NCBI GenBank assembly: GCA_048013815.1
Contig: CM106586.1
Span: 23,808,001 to 23,872,000, forward strand
Direction: 5' to 3'
Origin: Setoptus koraiensis
Taxonomy: Eukaryota; Animalia; Arthropoda
DNA length: 64,000 nucleotides
The notes beneath the pieces were generated by a model, which saw nothing but the letters and a program-made list of their open reading frames with translations, had not been told where the DNA came from and did no database searches. Positions 59,444-64,000 of this stretch are shown here, one piece after another. Both the position numbers and the translations under genes were made by a program. Numbering within the stretch: the stretch's first letter is position 1; every line of letters begins with the position of its first letter.

Positions 59444-59758
59444 CGTAATTAATTAATGAGAGAAAATGTGCTATTATCTTTCTGTTGTATTTCTATTGTA
59501 TGTTGTATTATTCATTACTAAAAACTATATAAACACACACACACACACACATACAACTTCCATTTCGACTATGTATAACTTCAACTTGCTTTAGCTCTGA
59601 CAAACTGACTTGTGAGTCAGTTCGGCAACACACACACACACACACACATTCGACTCAATCCAGTGCATTTCTTTTATTAGCGCATGCGCACGCGCCTTAT
59701 TGCTGTTGCCGTAGTCGCTGTAGTTGTCGCTGTAGTTGCCGCTTTTGTAGTTGTTGCT

Positions 59759-59777
59759 GTAGTAGTAGTAGTAGTAG

Positions 59778-59839
<62 letters not shown>
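59759..59839 (+). repeat. Compound microsatellite (GTA)6(GTT)21 upstream of Dfd
   Basis: Read directly from the sequence. Confidence 0.95.
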
Positions 59840-59841
<2 letters not shown>

Positions 59842-60710
59842 GGCTGTTGTTGCTGGACTGTATTGATTCGAATTTCTACATCACCCATTGGTTATTCGCA
59901 TCAGACTCTAAATGTGCAAGAATGTGTTCTCATATAGAAACAAACAATGATGGTGGCCAACCTCTAATGTCAGTCCCATACAGCTGATGAGATTGCATAA
60001 GAGTAAGAATGATACAGAGTAGCTGACAAGTTGATTTGTCAACAAAATTATCCAATTATTCGAATAATGAGCATCAGTAATCTCGCAGACACATCACAGT
60101 GTCTGCTCATCCAGTGTAGCCAATTGTCGAGTTTGGTGGCATATAGACCTTGTAGAACACCTACAATCGTTTGACTATTCGCGATTGGTTAACCCAGGGC
60201 CAGTGGGCACGCCAGAGTTCACTTGCTTATTATGTGATGACTTGGTCAAGTTCACGAGGCAAACTTGCAAGTCACTGTAAAAAAATCAATGACAAGTCAG
60301 GAGTGTAGAAAATACGCTGAAAGTTTATTCCATCCAGATAGACTAAAGAATTTTTCGGCTCAAGCCCCCAGAACAAAATGGACAGCGGTCTCGGTGAGGT
60401 TTATTGATTCGAGAGAAATCCAAAGAGTCTGATAACAGGCCATGGTGACGAGCAACAACAATAACAAAAGAAAAACATTCATCGAATTTCCTGACTCCGA
60501 CTCATTGGATCCATCAAGTTGACCAGAATCCGTATTGCTTTAATAACTTGTTTGTTCAAACTTGTATGCTGGCGCCGACGACCTATCGTAGTCCGTCACC
60601 AAGAGGTTGTGAGGGACCCCTCGGATGTGCCTAGAAAAAGCCCGTTGCGAAGAAAGTAACATTTGTAAAATGCACCTAGAGTTCGTAGAATGCAATACAC
60701 ATCCTTTATT

Positions 60711-62723
60711 TTATATCACTTGAAAAGTAGGTTGTTTGTCTAGTTTGTCTATTTTACTCTTTGTTCTTTCTTTTTCTTTATCCGTGTGAGACTTGGGATC
60801 CCTGGGATCTTTTCCTTCTATCACAAGTTTGACCTCGTCAGCGTCGAGAGTTTCATACCTGACCAAAGCATCGGCTAATAATTGCAACTCATTCTTATGT
60901 GCCTGTAGTAACACTTTGGTTCTATCATATGATTCCTGTAAATATTGAGCAAACAGGGGCTAGTTAGTTAAATGTTGACGGGGAATATTAACTACGAATC
61001 ACATTAGAAAAAAAAAAATACTTACGTTTAAAATCCTACTTATCTCTGAGTCTACCAACTCTATCGTCGCCTCTGAAAATTTTGATTCTCCCTCACGCTG
61101 TTCGTTGAGTGTTCTCATGCCCACCTTGTCGGACATTCCATAGTGTTTCACCATACTTGTGGCTAAATTGTTTGCAGTATCGAGGTCATTACTACATCCT
61201 GTGCTAACACGGTCTGATCCTAATATTATCTCTTCAGCTATGCGGCCGCCCAGGTTCACATCTATAGACGCTGACAATTGCTCTTTGGTAAAACCGATCC
61301 AATCTTTATCTGGTATATAACTTGTGTGACCCGCAGATTCGTTGCGCGCTGTTATTGTCACTTTATTCAATTTGGCCGGATGTTTTCGGGTGTAGTATAA
61401 TACTAATGCATGACCAGCTTCGTGATAGGCAGTGGCCAAATTCTCTTCGGGGTCAGGAACTCTGCTTTTAAACTCAGGTCCCATCATAATTTTGTCTCTG
61501 GCATAATCCAACGTTTCTGCGGTCACCACATCTAAATTGTCTGTTGCGGCCCTCAATGCAGCCTGATTGATAAGATTCTCGATATCGGCACCGGTAAAGC
61601 CCATGGTAGCTTTGCACAATTTATCTATATCAATCTCTGGTGAGGCCCTTATCTTGCTGAGATAGTGTTGGAGTATTTCCTTGCGTCCTTTAGAATCAGG
61701 TTTCCTAACATGTATTTTTACATCAAATCTTCCAGGTCTGAGTAGCGCCGAATCAAGTTCTTTCGGTCTATTTGTGGCTCCTAGAACAATTATGCCTTCA
61801 TTTTGACTAAAGCCATCCATCTCACTTAGCAGTTGATTAATAGTTTGATTGGCATATGGATGCAATAAACTACTACTGCGTTTAGCTCCAACTGAGTCCA
61901 TTTCATCGATGAATATTACGCATGGCGCACGTAACTTAGCGTTCGAAAACAGCTCTCTAACTCTCCTAGCACCTTGTCCAACTAGAATTTCATCGAATTC
62001 TGAGCCAGCAGCATGGAAGAAAGGAACTCCAGCTTCGCCGGCCACTGCTCTAGCTAGCAATGTTTTTCCTGTGCCTGGAGGTCCGACTAGGAGAACGCCT
62101 TTGGGTAATTTTCCGCCCAATCGCTTGAATCTTTCTGGATTGCGAAGATACTCAACAACATCACCGAGTTCTTGTTTGGCTTCATCGCATCCTTTAACAT
62201 CCGCTAATGTAACGCTGAGCTCCTCTGGACGCACTTCCATATTGTTCGAGCCCATCATTACACCTTTAAAGGGTCCCTCTTTTGCTATGACAATATATAA
62301 GCCAAACGCAATAGCCGTCCAAATTAGTCCCTCGCGCAACCATTTAGATATTACAATACTCTTAGCCTCTTTTTGTTTTCCATGCCAATAGCCCTCGGCA
62401 AAGGCGAGAATTTTCGTTTTTTGGGCGTCAGATGATTGTGCAGCCTTGTCATCTGTCATAAATTTAACACGCCCAAAAATCTTATCAGGAGACGACTTGA
62501 GAGCCGCTGCTTGTACATCCTTGGTTAGCCAATGATGAGATATCTGAGCTCGATTTTTGCTCATATTGGGTAAATCTAGGTCAACGACATCATCATCGGT
62601 TCGTTTAGATGTGCCAAGTCCGAAAGATTGGTTGGCAGCCCGGGATCTGAATTGTCTTGTGCATATTCGCTCTAATCGGAGCCGACGAAATATAATTATT
62701 GGAGGTTTTAGGAATGTTTCCAT
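60711..62723 (-). CDS. YME1L1: Mitochondrial i-AAA zinc metalloprotease YME1L, ~640 aa; exons 62723-61026 and 60935-60711
   Basis: Walker A GPPGTGKT, Walker B IFIDEMD, SRH LDSALLRPGRFD and HEAGH zinc motif, plus a TM segment. A 90 bp GTAAGT..TTTACAG intron joins ILN to ESYDRTK. Confidence 0.96.
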
Positions 62724-63754
62724 GTCTTAATAGTTGAATAATTAATAAGTTAAATAGTTAATAATTGAATTAGTAACAGCAGAATTATTGTGTCAAAATA
62801 GAAATAGGTGACGAGGAGAGAAAATACAATTCATCTTGGCGTAATTTCGAATGCGTTAGAATAGCTGTACAAGACATTACATTCGAATGTAAAGCAAACT
62901 AAGTCAGAGTTAAGTGGACACCCTGTACATTTGCCAATGACAGCATTATTTTCATGTGCGCACACAGCATGCTACATGTATGAGTGCTCACTCTCTAGCG
63001 TTGCCAATGCTGAATTTACAAATACAACAACATAGGCACAGGCCCAACACATGCACATGATTGATACTGGGCACAGAAATTCATTAGATTCGTACAAAAT
63101 AAAAATAAAATTCTTCGAAAGGTGAAATCAGATTATCTAACTATGCCACTATAACCACTGGTCATGTGGAATATCACACGCGAGAGACACTAGCCACGGT
63201 CAGTTTGAAAAACTAGCTGGAGCTCTCGCCATGGCCCCCGACATACCTCTGAAAGGTCGAAAGTGGGAGGCACTAGAAGGCGCGGTTCGTTAAAACTCCC
63301 ATCTCTTGCCTCCCATCTTTCAGTCGAATCTCGTAGCGCGCAGGACATCATGGGAGGAACCAGAAAATCTAAGGGAGCGTAGAATGAATGAAAACAATGG
63401 AACACCCCAAATAAAAGATTGTGCTCGCCTGAACCTCAATGCGTTGACCGGAACGACACCCTGCCGGTTCTCTATTCACTAATGCCTCAAATACATTATT
63501 GCATGATCTACTTAGTCTAACAGTGATAAAATTTGGTAGACACATAATTAATAAACATGTCAACAAAATGTCAGCAATACAACTGCGAACTCCTTGTGAA
63601 AGCCATTACCTCGGGCACACCGTTATGGACCACCCAAGGATTTGAGATCATAAGGCAAAACCTGGATTTAGATGACAAACAAAATAACCAATGAACTCTT
63701 TAAATTAGCACGGCACGAGATGAGGCTATTGTTATTACAGATTTCATGTGTATT

Positions 63755-64000
63755 TTATTGGCAATCTTCACGCTTGACTATGTCGGCTGGATCGGCGGAA
63801 TTACTTTCGATGATCGAGACACTTTCATCGGTTGAAGCCACACTTTGCGGCGTCTGAGTATTCGTTGTTTTTGTTATTGCACACGTTCCTTGTGCAACTC
63901 TAGCCAACGTTATAACTAGTGAATCTATTACTTGTTGCATAAAGGCAAGATTATTATCTGTTAACAAATGAACATCATCACATGCACTATGATAACACTT
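63755..64000 (-). CDS. C-terminal end of a probable M28-family aminopeptidase (5' part outside the window)
   Basis: The frame is open from the window edge: KCYHSACDDVHLLTDNNLAFMQQVIDSLVITLARVA, resembling the M28A C-terminal CYHxxCD zinc-ligand motif and following helix. Confidence 0.55.
   Translation of the reverse strand, partial: KCYHSACDDVHLLTDNNLAFMQQVIDSLVITLARVAQGTCAITKTTNTQTPQSVASTDESVSIIESNSADPADIVKREDCQ

Noticed and set aside
63190-63661. ORFs 63190-63405 and 63369-63566 and a candidate exon 63661-63610 on the - strand
   Set aside because: Splice phases could not be reconciled and no family was recognised; left unannotated.
1-64000. tRNA, rRNA, snRNA, CRISPR arrays, intact transposase or reverse transcriptase
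   Set aside because: None recognised by eye. The tandem arrays lack unique spacers. A covariance-model scan would be needed to exclude diverged RNAs.

Overview
Eukaryotic arthropod-type DNA, probably a small-genome acariform (possibly eriophyoid) mite. This is an inference from the 90-145 bp introns, intronless housekeeping genes and CAA/CA-rich low-complexity DNA. Two compact gene-dense flanks enclose a ~52 kb repeat-rich, mostly non-coding block. The left flank (1-~7.2 kb) holds SLC38A11-like, GLE1, ZCCHC8-like and the last exon of a RIPOR/FAM65 gene. The right flank (~59.9-64 kb) holds YME1L and the end of an M28 peptidase. The central block contains the RIPOR gene with a 10.8 kb intron and one Hox gene, a divergent Deformed (Dfd/Hox4) with a 9.3 kb intron. 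I found no other homeobox and no miR-10/miR-993, so Dfd appears to be detached from a Hox cluster. The most striking structure is a non-coding inverted repeat (46319-47267 and 55243-55982, with a 148 bp perfect core). One arm is in the Dfd intron and the other lies just past the predicted poly(A) site, so the arms bracket the whole homeobox exon. The locus also has five exact Exd/Hth-type TGATTGACAG decamers, several homotypic motif arrays and perfect hairpins. Most of the many GC-rich ORFs in the central block are judged spurious. All homology calls come from remembered family motifs, not database searches.
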